A stretch of 64,000 nt of DNA from an uncultured delta proteobacterium (lineage in GTDB: Bacteria > Bdellovibrionota > FAC87 > UBA2466): NCBI GenBank assembly GCA_963778115.1, contig CAVZSV010000004.1:1312001-1376000 (forward strand). The letters are read 5' to 3'. Numbering within the stretch: the first letter of the stretch is position 1; each line of letters opens with the position of its first letter. The notes under the pieces were generated by a model, which saw nothing but the letters and a program-made list of their open reading frames with translations, ran no database searches and was not told where the DNA came from. Of this stretch, positions 48,728-58,199 are shown piece by piece. Made by a program: the position numbers and the translations under genes.

Positions 48728-49717
48728 TTGAAATTACGACTTTTCACCGTTTTACTGATGGCGAGCCTTGCCCTTTCAGCCAAGGAAGCTCGTGCGCGCG
48801 CCAGCAAATACAACCACGGCTTATTTCAGCATCAGAGCTGCCAGCGTCTGTTGAGGCGTTGGGCGAAACGCTACCGCGATTGGGCTTCCCTTAAGGAAAA
48901 GTATGCGGGCCTGGAACGGTTTCAGCTAGCACGATTGGCCGATCGTTATTCGAATCGCCGACTGGCAGATCACCAGGGAGACGAACTTAGAAAAGTAGAT
49001 ACCCTCATCGAGAAACTTCGCAGAGAGTATGGAGCGCGCTACCACGACGGACTGACTTCCCAACCGCTGCTTGACCCAAATACGAGAAGTGAAATCGCAA
49101 CCGCGACGGCTCAAGATTTTCTCGATGAGCGCCTTGCCTTCGAACGAGGACGGTACTCGCGCGGTAAGAAAAATATTTTAGTCGACTACTTTCCCACAGC
49201 CGCTCACGTTACCGAGAGCAACTTAGAAGATCTCTTGGCCATTCTGATGGTCGAGCAATTCCTCTACGAATATATGTACGAGTTTTACCACAGCCTCATT
49301 AAGCTGGGCCCTCCCTCGAAGAGAAGCGAGATGCATGCGGTGGAGATCTTACAAGCCCGAATTGCCGAGCGGGAAGCGAAAGAAGAAACCCGATGGCTCT
49401 GGGATGAAGGCCAAGAAGGGGTAGGAGGCATTCTGGCGGAAAGTCTTGCTCCCGAAGCGGTAACGGCGATGACTTCAGACGACGCACAAGCGCCAGTTAC
49501 TTCGCTTAGATTTTTTCTTCCTGCCACTCTAGAGACGACCTCCGTAAAAAGTCGAATTGAAGCCCTTCGCGGAAAGGACTTACCGCCGCCTGTATTTTTC
49601 TTCATTGAATCTTTTGGAGGGTTTCTTAGCCGTTACGAGCTGACCAATCTCGTTGCTTTTGACAACTTGCTACATATGGCGGAGAGATGGACTTCGCCGG
49701 GAGGACTACCAGAATGA
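48728..49717 (+). CDS. Secreted hypothetical protein
   Basis: 329-aa ORF with a signal peptide and a GAGGGG RBS. Confidence 0.7.
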   Translation: MKLRLFTVLLMASLALSAKEARARASKYNHGLFQHQSCQRLLRRWAKRYRDWASLKEKYAGLERFQLARLADRYSNRRLADHQGDELRKVDTLIEKLRREYGARYHDGLTSQPLLDPNTRSEIATATAQDFLDERLAFERGRYSRGKKNILVDYFPTAAHVTESNLEDLLAILMVEQFLYEYMYEFYHSLIKLGPPSKRSEMHAVEILQARIAEREAKEETRWLWDEGQEGVGGILAESLAPEAVTAMTSDDAQAPVTSLRFFLPATLETTSVKSRIEALRGKDLPPPVFFFIESFGGFLSRYELTNLVAFDNLLHMAERWTSPGGLPE

Positions 49718-50376
49718 AAACGATCGCAAGTGGGCTTACTTTCCTACTCTTCAGTTTTTCGTTAATCGCGCTCGGTCAGGATATTAAGGTTCAAGTTTCG
49801 CCTCCCTCGTTTACCGGTAGCAACGTCCATCGAGACGTTCAAATCGTCTATCACAATCTCCAACTTTCCCCGGGCAGTCGCGTAACTCTGTACTTTGCGT
49901 ACCGGACGCAATCCCACGGTGCCAGTGCAAATCCGGTATCGGGTTTTCTCCCTCAAGGAGGCGAAAAGGATCAATGGTGCCGCCTGCTCATCGTAAGTGA
50001 CTGGCAAAGTGAACAGGCCGTATTAATGACTCCTTCGGGACGAGACAGCCACGAGTACTCCGCCTTTCTTCCTCTTGACGGAAGATTCACTTCCGACGAG
50101 GAGCTCTCCCAAGTTCAGTTTTTTGTTCGCTTGGATTCCGCGGGTAAAACGGTCGATGATAGGCCCTTTGGCGATCGAGGATATTATTTCGTTGAAATTC
50201 CGTCAGTCGCCGCCCGGGTGGATTACATTCCCACAAAGAAAGCAGAAGAGAAAAAAACCAATAGTGGCATTCCGAGCGAAGTTTCCGGCTCTGCACCGAA
50301 CCCCAAGGCTGAGGAAGTAGAAGCCTCTCAGTGGACGACATTGACCGTGAAAGCGCACAAACAAAGCGGCGGCTAA
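49714..50376 (+). CDS. Secreted hypothetical protein
   Basis: ATGA coupling to the upstream gene, GGAGG RBS and a signal peptide. Confidence 0.7.
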   Translation: MKTIASGLTFLLFSFSLIALGQDIKVQVSPPSFTGSNVHRDVQIVYHNLQLSPGSRVTLYFAYRTQSHGASANPVSGFLPQGGEKDQWCRLLIVSDWQSEQAVLMTPSGRDSHEYSAFLPLDGRFTSDEELSQVQFFVRLDSAGKTVDDRPFGDRGYYFVEIPSVAARVDYIPTKKAEEKKTNSGIPSEVSGSAPNPKAEEVEASQWTTLTVKAHKQSGG

Positions 50377-50573
50377 GAAATATCCGCTAACCAGGAGTCT
50401 TCAGTAAGATTGTGAAGCGGGTTACTAAGAGAGCTATCGAATCGCGAAGTTACGGCTAAATTAATTTTCGTTAATTCCATTATCACAGTCGTCCGTGTTC
50501 CAACCGAAATCGTCGATAAAATTTCAGTTATTTCCAAACGTTAAAAGAACCTCTCGTAGACTCATAGTGCTCC

Positions 50574-51980
50574 TTGCCCCGCATAGTGCCGGCGAAGCTA
50601 CTGGCGTCGGCCCCTCTGTTGCATTTTAGTAAGGCAAAGGGAGTTGGTGTGTATCTAACCGGGGTTACAACTAGGAAGGCCACTTGGCTTCGAATCCTCG
50701 TCGTAGCCCTGATGCTAACGGGCACCACCGCCCTAGCGGAATCGCACTCGTCGGGAGATGATTCTGGTCAAGAGTCGTCTAGCCCCAATCCAAATACGCA
50801 AGCCACTCTGGCCAATCGCAAAGCCCTGTCGACAAGATTACAATCCTCTAAAGACACCGACTTACAAAATATTGGAGCCGCCCTCAAAGACGGCGATATC
50901 GATTCGCTAAATGAAAAACAGTTAGAAAAGCTTCAAGAATATTTGGAATCTGACGAAGGAAAGGCGGAACTTGAGGAACTAGGAAAAGAGAATATCGAAG
51001 ACTTGGAGCAAAAGGTCATTCAAGCCAAAGCCACCTTCTTTACGACCCCTTCCAGCACGACCTTGGCAAAAGGATCTTCTGGCGGCGCCCCAAACGGATC
51101 CCAGGCATCCAATGGATCGGCGGCATCAGGCTTGTCACTCTCTTCGTCTTCGGGGAGTTCATCTAACTCGAACTCAAGCTCAACAGCGCTCTTAGCCAAT
51201 AATGCACCTTTGGTAAATTCCACGGCGCTAGATTCTCTGATGAATACCATCAAGAGCGGCCCTTCCGCTAACTCGATATCTTTGGGTAGTGTGCTATCAA
51301 CTAAGCCGAACGGCCCCTCGAGTACTCCAGCTAGTATCTCAACTGCCATTGGGAAATCGAACTCATTCAATATTTCCGGTCAATCAGGTGTCACGGGACC
51401 TTCAGGATTTGGAGCCCCTTCGGAAAGTCCAAGCCCCGCTACCGTCGTTCGCTCGAGTGGAGAAGCCAATCCGTCTGTCATAGATAGCGGCTATTTTGCC
51501 AGGACTCCGCCCCCCCTTTCGCCTTCCTCTAATTTTGGATCCCTAGCACCGGCTTCTCGAGAAACGCTCCCGGAAGCGTCTGAAGACTCTCAAATCGTAA
51601 CTCCCGTTACTCTAACGACTCGCGGAATAGGTGATTTAGGGGAGATGAATTTCGCGGAGACTCAAGTGGCCCCAGCGTCAATCTCTAGGCCGACTCCTGA
51701 ACCCACAGCCCCCAATACAGCCTCTGCTGCCGTACCTTCCGCGATCGGAGCAGTATCGGGCCTCCAAGCTTCCATTTTATCTACCGTCGTGGACTTTGCT
51801 CCCTCAGAAATACAACCGCCAGCGGTTAGCTCGACGTCCATCGCTCCTTTGACTCCTTCTTCCATGGCGACACCCGACCCCATCGAAATTGCTACCACCG
51901 ATCCCAAGTCCAGTGAGTCTTCTTCTCATAAAGGGGATATCGCGCAGATGTTGGACAGCCTTGCAGAGCAACCAAATTAG
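50574..51980 (+). CDS. Secreted Ser/Pro/Thr-rich low-complexity protein (start uncertain, probably downstream of 50574)
   Basis: Signal-like LRILVVALMLTGTTALA followed by long S/P/T tracts. Confidence 0.7.
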   Translation: MPRIVPAKLLASAPLLHFSKAKGVGVYLTGVTTRKATWLRILVVALMLTGTTALAESHSSGDDSGQESSSPNPNTQATLANRKALSTRLQSSKDTDLQNIGAALKDGDIDSLNEKQLEKLQEYLESDEGKAELEELGKENIEDLEQKVIQAKATFFTTPSSTTLAKGSSGGAPNGSQASNGSAASGLSLSSSSGSSSNSNSSSTALLANNAPLVNSTALDSLMNTIKSGPSANSISLGSVLSTKPNGPSSTPASISTAIGKSNSFNISGQSGVTGPSGFGAPSESPSPATVVRSSGEANPSVIDSGYFARTPPPLSPSSNFGSLAPASRETLPEASEDSQIVTPVTLTTRGIGDLGEMNFAETQVAPASISRPTPEPTAPNTASAAVPSAIGAVSGLQASILSTVVDFAPSEIQPPAVSSTSIAPLTPSSMATPDPIEIATTDPKSSESSSHKGDIAQMLDSLAEQPN

Positions 51981-52061
51981 CTTAAGGACGCGAACTCCGA
52001 CGGATGGCCTTAACACCCGCCGGAGTTGCAGTTAGATTTTAAGTAGTTCCTTTGAGTGGAG

Positions 52062-54095
52062 CTATTGGATGGTAATCACGTATACGCTTCCATATCCTTG
52101 AATTTGATAAGTCTGAGTCTGCTGCGGTTGAATCACTTGCTTGGGAGTCGCATCCATCAAAGGCTGATTGTCTCCGTATTTGCGGTTATGCTCGGCTACA
52201 TCGCGATTGTATTGAGAGGAGGCCGCGTTGATTCGTCTGGTATAATCATCCACCCAGTTATTCCATCGATGGACATTGATACTATTTTTGCGAGCCTCCC
52301 ACCAGGCATTCTCCTGTTCTCGAGCTTTATAATCCCGTTGGTATCCATAAAAGATTCTGTCGAAATCACTGTCTCTCTCACGAGCAAACTGCCGTTGCCG
52401 TTCTTTGCGTTCTTCTTCCGCTTTTCGCGCTTCTTCTCTTCGTTGAAGCTCGGCCAACCGAGCTGCCTCCTTCGCAGCAGCTAGTATTTTTCGCTCTTCA
52501 CGAGCTTTTTTATCAGCGATCTGCTTTGCTGAGGCGGGCAAACCATCCACTCGGAAAGCCGCCCCCAAAGGAGGGGAAGGAACGAGTCGTATTTCGGCGT
52601 ATCGCGCAAAATTTTCCTGATCTATCGTATAAACGTTGGACTGTCCCGGAGCCAAAGTTCCGTTTCCATTGGGGAGATCGCACTTCACCCAAATTCCGTT
52701 AACGTTGCGTGCCCAAAGGGCCGAAAACGTTAGCGGGGTATCTCCAGTATTTCTGACGCTGAATTGAGAGAGAAGCTTCATCGGATTGGGATTGATATAG
52801 GGCGCTCCTTCCATATCACTTTGATCAATTCCTCTATCAAACCGAGCCCAGTTACCACCGGGCTCAAAAGGGTCCGCGGGCAACATGACTACAGTCTTGG
52901 TATTGGGAATAGATCGCTTAATGCTCGAATTCGCGGTCAGTAAATCACGCGCCTCCCGCCTTTTGCGCTCCGCCTGCATGAAAGCGTAGAGAACTTTATT
53001 AAACTCGTGGCTTGTTAGATTTGCGTGGGTGTCTCTTAGCTTTTGAATCTTCTCTGGCAGCACCGTATAGACCCAATTGTCATAAGGGTCCTTATTTCCG
53101 TAGAGCACTTTCCTCCAAGCACGGTATTGCTCGGCGACCTGACTTCCCGCTTCCCCTTGTTTATGGGACTCTATCGTCGCCTGTTCCAACCACGCTCGAT
53201 AGTATCTAAGATCCGCACCCGTGGCATAACGCGAGACCGATTCGCATGTGGCTGCTTTATCACCACCTGGACCTACCTTTCCCAAGAAAATACTTTTCAA
53301 AAATAGTTCGGGAGATTTGTCGACGGTGCGGTTAAGAAGGACATAGCCTCCGGCACCGCTGTCTCCCACACAGTTGACCCCAGGTCTTCCGTCTCGAGTG
53401 GCGAAGGTCAGCACCTTTTCGTCGATACCTACTCTCAGATTTCCCTCCGAATCACCGACAAGATCTGCGGAAGTAGGTTGAAGCTGGTCGAACTCTTTAA
53501 TAATAGGAAACCCAAACTCCTCCCCCTTTTTGGAACGGGCGCCATAACCCACAAAGAGAGTAAGATCACCATCGGCGCTCCCAGCTTCAGTGGGAATAAC
53601 GGGGATCGGTTCATGGGTTTTTGCGAACTCAATCGCCTCAGCGGGCCTTATCGAAAAAACGGCTAAATCATTTTTTGAAGGCCCTTTCAAATAATTTTCA
53701 TGGATGACCACGCTAGTCGGCTCCACGGTAAAAGCTTTCCCCTCGACAAATACTTTGGACCATCGTCGAGAAGAGTCTACCTTTCCGTCGCTCCCTGCTA
53801 AGCAGTGAGCCGCGACCACAAAGAAGGCTGGTTTTCTGAAATACGCTACGGAACAATTTGATTGATTAAAAGAGGTGAACGAAAGCTCAGTAGGAGTCTC
53901 TACTATCGGCTCATCATCGATACTGGCCAAATTTCCCGTGGTGCTCAAAAGACGCTTGTAAACCCAGTTCATCGGATCCTTGGGTTGCAGTGAGAGCTGC
54001 TTTAGATCCTGCCCCCCGTGAATTGCCCAAGCCAAGTGGGAATAGAGAAAAACGGCGGCGGCTACAAACGTTCGTGAGTAAAATGACTTCAGCAT
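52062..54095 (-). CDS. Secreted trypsin-like (S1) serine protease with a beta domain and coiled-coil C-terminus
   Basis: AIHGG mature start and an intact triad (VAAHCL, NDLAVF, CVGDSGAG). Confidence 0.85.
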   Translation of the reverse strand: MLKSFYSRTFVAAAVFLYSHLAWAIHGGQDLKQLSLQPKDPMNWVYKRLLSTTGNLASIDDEPIVETPTELSFTSFNQSNCSVAYFRKPAFFVVAAHCLAGSDGKVDSSRRWSKVFVEGKAFTVEPTSVVIHENYLKGPSKNDLAVFSIRPAEAIEFAKTHEPIPVIPTEAGSADGDLTLFVGYGARSKKGEEFGFPIIKEFDQLQPTSADLVGDSEGNLRVGIDEKVLTFATRDGRPGVNCVGDSGAGGYVLLNRTVDKSPELFLKSIFLGKVGPGGDKAATCESVSRYATGADLRYYRAWLEQATIESHKQGEAGSQVAEQYRAWRKVLYGNKDPYDNWVYTVLPEKIQKLRDTHANLTSHEFNKVLYAFMQAERKRREARDLLTANSSIKRSIPNTKTVVMLPADPFEPGGNWARFDRGIDQSDMEGAPYINPNPMKLLSQFSVRNTGDTPLTFSALWARNVNGIWVKCDLPNGNGTLAPGQSNVYTIDQENFARYAEIRLVPSPPLGAAFRVDGLPASAKQIADKKAREERKILAAAKEAARLAELQRREEARKAEEERKERQRQFARERDSDFDRIFYGYQRDYKAREQENAWWEARKNSINVHRWNNWVDDYTRRINAASSQYNRDVAEHNRKYGDNQPLMDATPKQVIQPQQTQTYQIQGYGSVYVITIQ

Positions 54096-54104
54096 ATCAC
54101 TTCT

Positions 54105-55007
54105 CTAGTTATGGATTAAGATCTCAGAACCCAATGGACCAATGTAATAGACACCGGTGGAGGGGACTCTAAGACTAAAAAGCTTCGCGCTGGGTTCCGC
54201 TTTGGCAGTGTCGGTGGTCGCGAATCGGCACGTGCCTTGGTCTTTAACGGGATAGAGTTCCCACCCCAGATCCATGTTCTGGCAGTTCTTCACTCCCCAT
54301 TCCGCGGCATTAGGCTCGCGACAATAGACGCAGAGATCGGGAAAGAAAAATAACTTTTTAGTCTTTTCGCCAGGTTTTCCTTGGTAGTGCAAGACCGCAA
54401 GATCCTTTCCCTCAGGAACCGCCGAAGTCGGGATTTCAGAGACTTCCGCCCAACAGACTTTGTGGTAATTGGGATCTTTAATAAGTTGCGAGGTAGTAGA
54501 AAGGACGAAATCCCCTTTGGCCACTCCCGAAATTTTGACGGATTCCGTCTGGATACTTCCCTGATTGACTCGATTGAGATGCACTATCAACGTATCGCCC
54601 AAGAAAAACCCTTCAGAAGCGGACGCTGCCTGACTCTCTTTTGCTTTTACCGCTTTTGGCCGGCTCCATTCGGCTGGCTGAGTAGTTTTGGCGATCTCAT
54701 CGGAAGGGTATCGGTGAGACATCTCTTCAAATCGAGAAAGCGCATCTGGATTTCCGGCCAAAACATGCCGTAGGACCGCAAGATTCTCCTTTTCCTTTCG
54801 GTCAATCACTTCGGTGCAATAGGGAAAATCGGTAACGATGGTGTAGGGTTGGCTCGAGAATTTCTTCTGAATCTCGGCGATACCGTTTTCGAGTGGCGGC
54901 TCCGCTGCCCAGACCCGGGTCAGCCAGAAAAGAAATAGGAGAGCAATGGCTAAGAGGAAGCAACTATCCAAATTGACTGCAATAAGCCGCAGCGGGAACT
55001 TTCGCAT
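54105..55007 (-). CDS. Exported hypothetical protein
   Basis: 300-aa ORF with a hydrophobic N-terminus, co-oriented with the protease gene. Confidence 0.7.
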   Translation of the reverse strand: MRKFPLRLIAVNLDSCFLLAIALLFLFWLTRVWAAEPPLENGIAEIQKKFSSQPYTIVTDFPYCTEVIDRKEKENLAVLRHVLAGNPDALSRFEEMSHRYPSDEIAKTTQPAEWSRPKAVKAKESQAASASEGFFLGDTLIVHLNRVNQGSIQTESVKISGVAKGDFVLSTTSQLIKDPNYHKVCWAEVSEIPTSAVPEGKDLAVLHYQGKPGEKTKKLFFFPDLCVYCREPNAAEWGVKNCQNMDLGWELYPVKDQGTCRFATTDTAKAEPSAKLFSLRVPSTGVYYIGPLGSEILIHN

Positions 55008-55187
55008 TTGAGAGTCTCCTTAGTACCGCAGCTTATTTTTTCTACCGAATTGGCTGACTCATATCAGAATTTTTTAAAGAGAGGTATTTTTTTTGACGCA
55101 ATACAACATTCCTGCTATCTGACAATCAGAAACGTTAACTTATCGTCCGATGCTGCGGGTGGACGAGCCATTCTCAGGGAGAGTACG

Positions 55188-55988
55188 ATGAGTGTCCGAA
55201 CGTTCTTATTAGCCCCATTACTTGTTCTCGTTTTAGCTTCAATATCTAGCAATACCTTTGGAATCGATTTCGAAGAAACGGCGAGAGGTTCTCGCGGTTA
55301 CGTCTATCGACAGCCAGTTTGCACGAGTGCCGAAGCTTGTGCGGCTCCCGTTACTGCGGTGACTCCCGCCGCTTCGTCTTGTCCGGCCTCCTCCTCAGGA
55401 GGTCCCTCCGATTGTAATACCTGCCAGGGAGTTCAATCGAGCACCCAGGTAGGTCCGCCGATCACGACTTTGCATCAGCAGACCTTCAAAGTGGATTGCA
55501 CAAAACTGGAATACGCCGATCAACAATACACGACTTGGGAGCCGCGCGAATATCCCGATAAAGAAACCTATACTTATAAAGTAGCGGTTCCCTATACCCG
55601 AAGCGGAGTTCAGAAACTGGTGGGCTATAGGCCCGTCGAAGTTACCACTACAGTAAAACAGGCCGTTTATAACAAATGTGGCTGTTTTGTCGGTTACGAA
55701 AATGTTCCCGTTACTAGTATCGTAAACCAGGCCTACACCTACGAACGACCTTACTCTTACACGGAAAACAAAATTGAAGACCGAGTCGCTTCTAGAGAGG
55801 TAACCAAAATAAAAATGGTTCCCATTCAAAAAGAGAAGCAGATCCCCGTTATCGTTCCGGACGTAAAGTACGTCGAACAGACGATACTCCAAGCGACGTA
55901 TACGGTGACCACCACGTATCAAAATGAGGTCCCTAAGGCTCAGGGGGCTGTGAATTTCGCTCGCCAACAAGCAGCAGAGCGGCCCTAG
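55188..55988 (+). CDS. Secreted V/T/Y/P-rich extended-beta protein
   Basis: GGGAG RBS, signal peptide, a Cys-rich head, then TYTYKVAVPY-like strands. Confidence 0.7.
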   Translation: MSVRTFLLAPLLVLVLASISSNTFGIDFEETARGSRGYVYRQPVCTSAEACAAPVTAVTPAASSCPASSSGGPSDCNTCQGVQSSTQVGPPITTLHQQTFKVDCTKLEYADQQYTTWEPREYPDKETYTYKVAVPYTRSGVQKLVGYRPVEVTTTVKQAVYNKCGCFVGYENVPVTSIVNQAYTYERPYSYTENKIEDRVASREVTKIKMVPIQKEKQIPVIVPDVKYVEQTILQATYTVTTTYQNEVPKAQGAVNFARQQAAERP

Positions 55989-55991
55989 CTC

Positions 55992-57056
55992 ATGATCGAG
56001 GGTGGCAAATTTAAACACTGGTTAACTCTTCCTTTGTTGGTGGGATTGCTCGTTTTTGGCTTCTACGTTGCCAAAGCACCTGAGGATCCACGTGATCTAA
56101 GGGAAGAGAAACCTGAACATCGGAGTTCCTTGTCTCATCCTCTGGGGCAAGGAACTCCCCCTTTGCTGCCCCAGATTCGCAAAACTCCTAGAGTGGTACT
56201 GGCTAAGAACATCTCCAAAGCCTGCGAAGAACTGTGGACCGAGTTATTTCAATTAGATCTCCGTGGGGTGGTTGAGGGAAACTTAGCTTTGGATCATTTG
56301 CCTCGCCACTCCGACTGCCATAGCGACAATGCCAAGGACTGGCTGTCGGCTGCTTGGAAGCGTTTTGAGCAGGGCTGCACGGCTAAAGACGCTTCCTCTA
56401 GTGAAGCCAAGGCTGAAAATCGACCGGTTTGTCTGTTTAGTTTGGTTGGCCTTCGCGCGGCCGTGACCGATTGGGTAACGAACGATAAAAGCCCAGGTGA
56501 ACTTAGCGATCCCCGATTGATTCAAGACAAACTTTGGGCAAACCTACAAAGGGCTGATAACCCCATGACGATAGCACTTGCCGAACGGCTACAAACGCTG
56601 GAGCCCGACAACGCGCTGACCAACCAAGCTTTGGTCTTGGCGCAGTTTCGAATTGCTGGAGAGAACCGTCTCAACGCCAACGATCCTTTCTGGGAGAAAT
56701 TTTCTTCTACATTGGCAAGAGAAGAGGAACTTCGGGCGGTCAGTTCCGAAGAACACTCTCGACGGACGATTTATGCGGACTATTTGCGAAATCGAGATCC
56801 CAGACGCCTGGAAGAGGCGGCCCTAGACGCCGCCAAACGTTATCCTACTTCTTCTTTTCCTGCCTACTTTTTTGCCATTTCCGCATTTGAATCGGGTGAC
56901 TCTCCCCGGGCGATACAGGCCTTGGAGCGGCGCTCTGACCCAGAATCTCAGGAAGCACTGAGACTCATCAAAGCAGGCAATCCAAAGCCCTTTCGGGTGC
57001 AGCTCTCAGCTTCCCTTGACGCATTGAAATTAGATCAAAGGCCCCAAGCAGAATGA
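55992..57056 (+). CDS. Membrane-anchored helical/TPR-like hypothetical protein
   Basis: N-terminal TM helix and TPR-like helices (LQTLEPDNAL; AKRYPTSSFPAYFFA). Confidence 0.7.
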   Translation: MIEGGKFKHWLTLPLLVGLLVFGFYVAKAPEDPRDLREEKPEHRSSLSHPLGQGTPPLLPQIRKTPRVVLAKNISKACEELWTELFQLDLRGVVEGNLALDHLPRHSDCHSDNAKDWLSAAWKRFEQGCTAKDASSSEAKAENRPVCLFSLVGLRAAVTDWVTNDKSPGELSDPRLIQDKLWANLQRADNPMTIALAERLQTLEPDNALTNQALVLAQFRIAGENRLNANDPFWEKFSSTLAREEELRAVSSEEHSRRTIYADYLRNRDPRRLEEAALDAAKRYPTSSFPAYFFAISAFESGDSPRAIQALERRSDPESQEALRLIKAGNPKPFRVQLSASLDALKLDQRPQAE

Positions 57057-57069
57057 AAGTGGAGGATAA

Positions 57070-58089
57070 GTGAGAATGACGAGGAAGTGGACAATCCAAA
57101 AATCAACGGTAATCGTGGGACTGGGGATGGCGCTATTTTCAGCAAGAGCGGCAAAAGCACTTAATGGGACCGCTTTTGCTTATGCGCCCAAACCAGTTCT
57201 CGATGTGGCAGTTGGTGCGGTCGGGGCTTTAATGGTAGAAGATATCGTTCCCGCCTCTCAAAGAGCCGAAGCCGCGGGCGATACCTTTTGGAGAGTCGAT
57301 GGAAATGCTCTCTATATCGGAGATCATGCGGAAGGTTCGGCACTTCTCGTGCAGGCCAACCGTGTCACAAAGAAAGATGGAACTTTCGATCGCGATAGAT
57401 TTTTTTCTTACAAAGTGCGCTTTGGTGTGACGGTCAGTAGCAAACAGTTAGATCGCTTGGTTCCCCGAGAAGAAGATCAGTTTATCGAAGGAACTCGAGT
57501 GTTAATTCATCCGAAGCACTCTCCCGCGACGGGAGACTACGGCTTGGCGCTTATTCTCTTGCCGTATCCCCTGAGCCGAGACCGAAAACCCCTGGCTTTG
57601 GTGGAATCTGAAGAGCCCATCGCATGGAAAAGCAACTACCTCGTATTTGGACACGGAACCGAGGAAGAACAGACCGAACGCCCCACTGTCGAACTTGGTG
57701 TCTATGAACAGCACCTGACGTCGGGATACCTGCGATGGACCCCCATGCAACTCATGAGTGGCTATCCTAAGAGTGCCATGTTCGCGCTGGAACCCTTGGC
57801 GGAAGATCGATTAAAGCGTCTTTACCAGGAAATTCCCGAAGCCTCGGACGCTTTCGTGAACGGTCCGTGTAAAAACGATTCCGCGGCTCCGGCCCTTATC
57901 TGGGGCAACCGAATTTCCAAAGCGTCAGGGCTCGCGGAGCCACGAGTCGCTCTATTGGGAATGATGTCGGGAGAAAATGGGCTTTGTGTACGTCCGCAAA
58001 AGAATGGGGCTCCGGTAGCAGCGTTTATTGATCTAAGGGAGGCGAGTATACAGGCGTGGTTGAAAGGCAATGTGGAGAGTTTGAGGTAG
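57070..58089 (+). CDS. Secreted trypsin-fold protein with a degenerate catalytic triad
   Basis: ALNG start, IHPKHS..DYGLALILL, VFGHG, GPCKNDSAAP and LLGMMS. There is no AAHC motif. Confidence 0.65.
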   Translation: MRMTRKWTIQKSTVIVGLGMALFSARAAKALNGTAFAYAPKPVLDVAVGAVGALMVEDIVPASQRAEAAGDTFWRVDGNALYIGDHAEGSALLVQANRVTKKDGTFDRDRFFSYKVRFGVTVSSKQLDRLVPREEDQFIEGTRVLIHPKHSPATGDYGLALILLPYPLSRDRKPLALVESEEPIAWKSNYLVFGHGTEEEQTERPTVELGVYEQHLTSGYLRWTPMQLMSGYPKSAMFALEPLAEDRLKRLYQEIPEASDAFVNGPCKNDSAAPALIWGNRISKASGLAEPRVALLGMMSGENGLCVRPQKNGAPVAAFIDLREASIQAWLKGNVESLR

Positions 58090-58199
58090 GGGCACGAATG
58101 CGAAGTCTTAGATCTAGTGCCAGATAATAAAGCCAGTGCTAGAGGCTAAAGCGCTATTAACTCTACCTAGGCCTTTCGAAACCAAGACTAGGTCTACTT

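Noticed and set aside
55395..56018. 207-aa antisense ORF, and similar antisense ORFs across the window
   Set aside because: They are fully nested opposite better-supported genes that have an RBS, signal peptide or family motifs.
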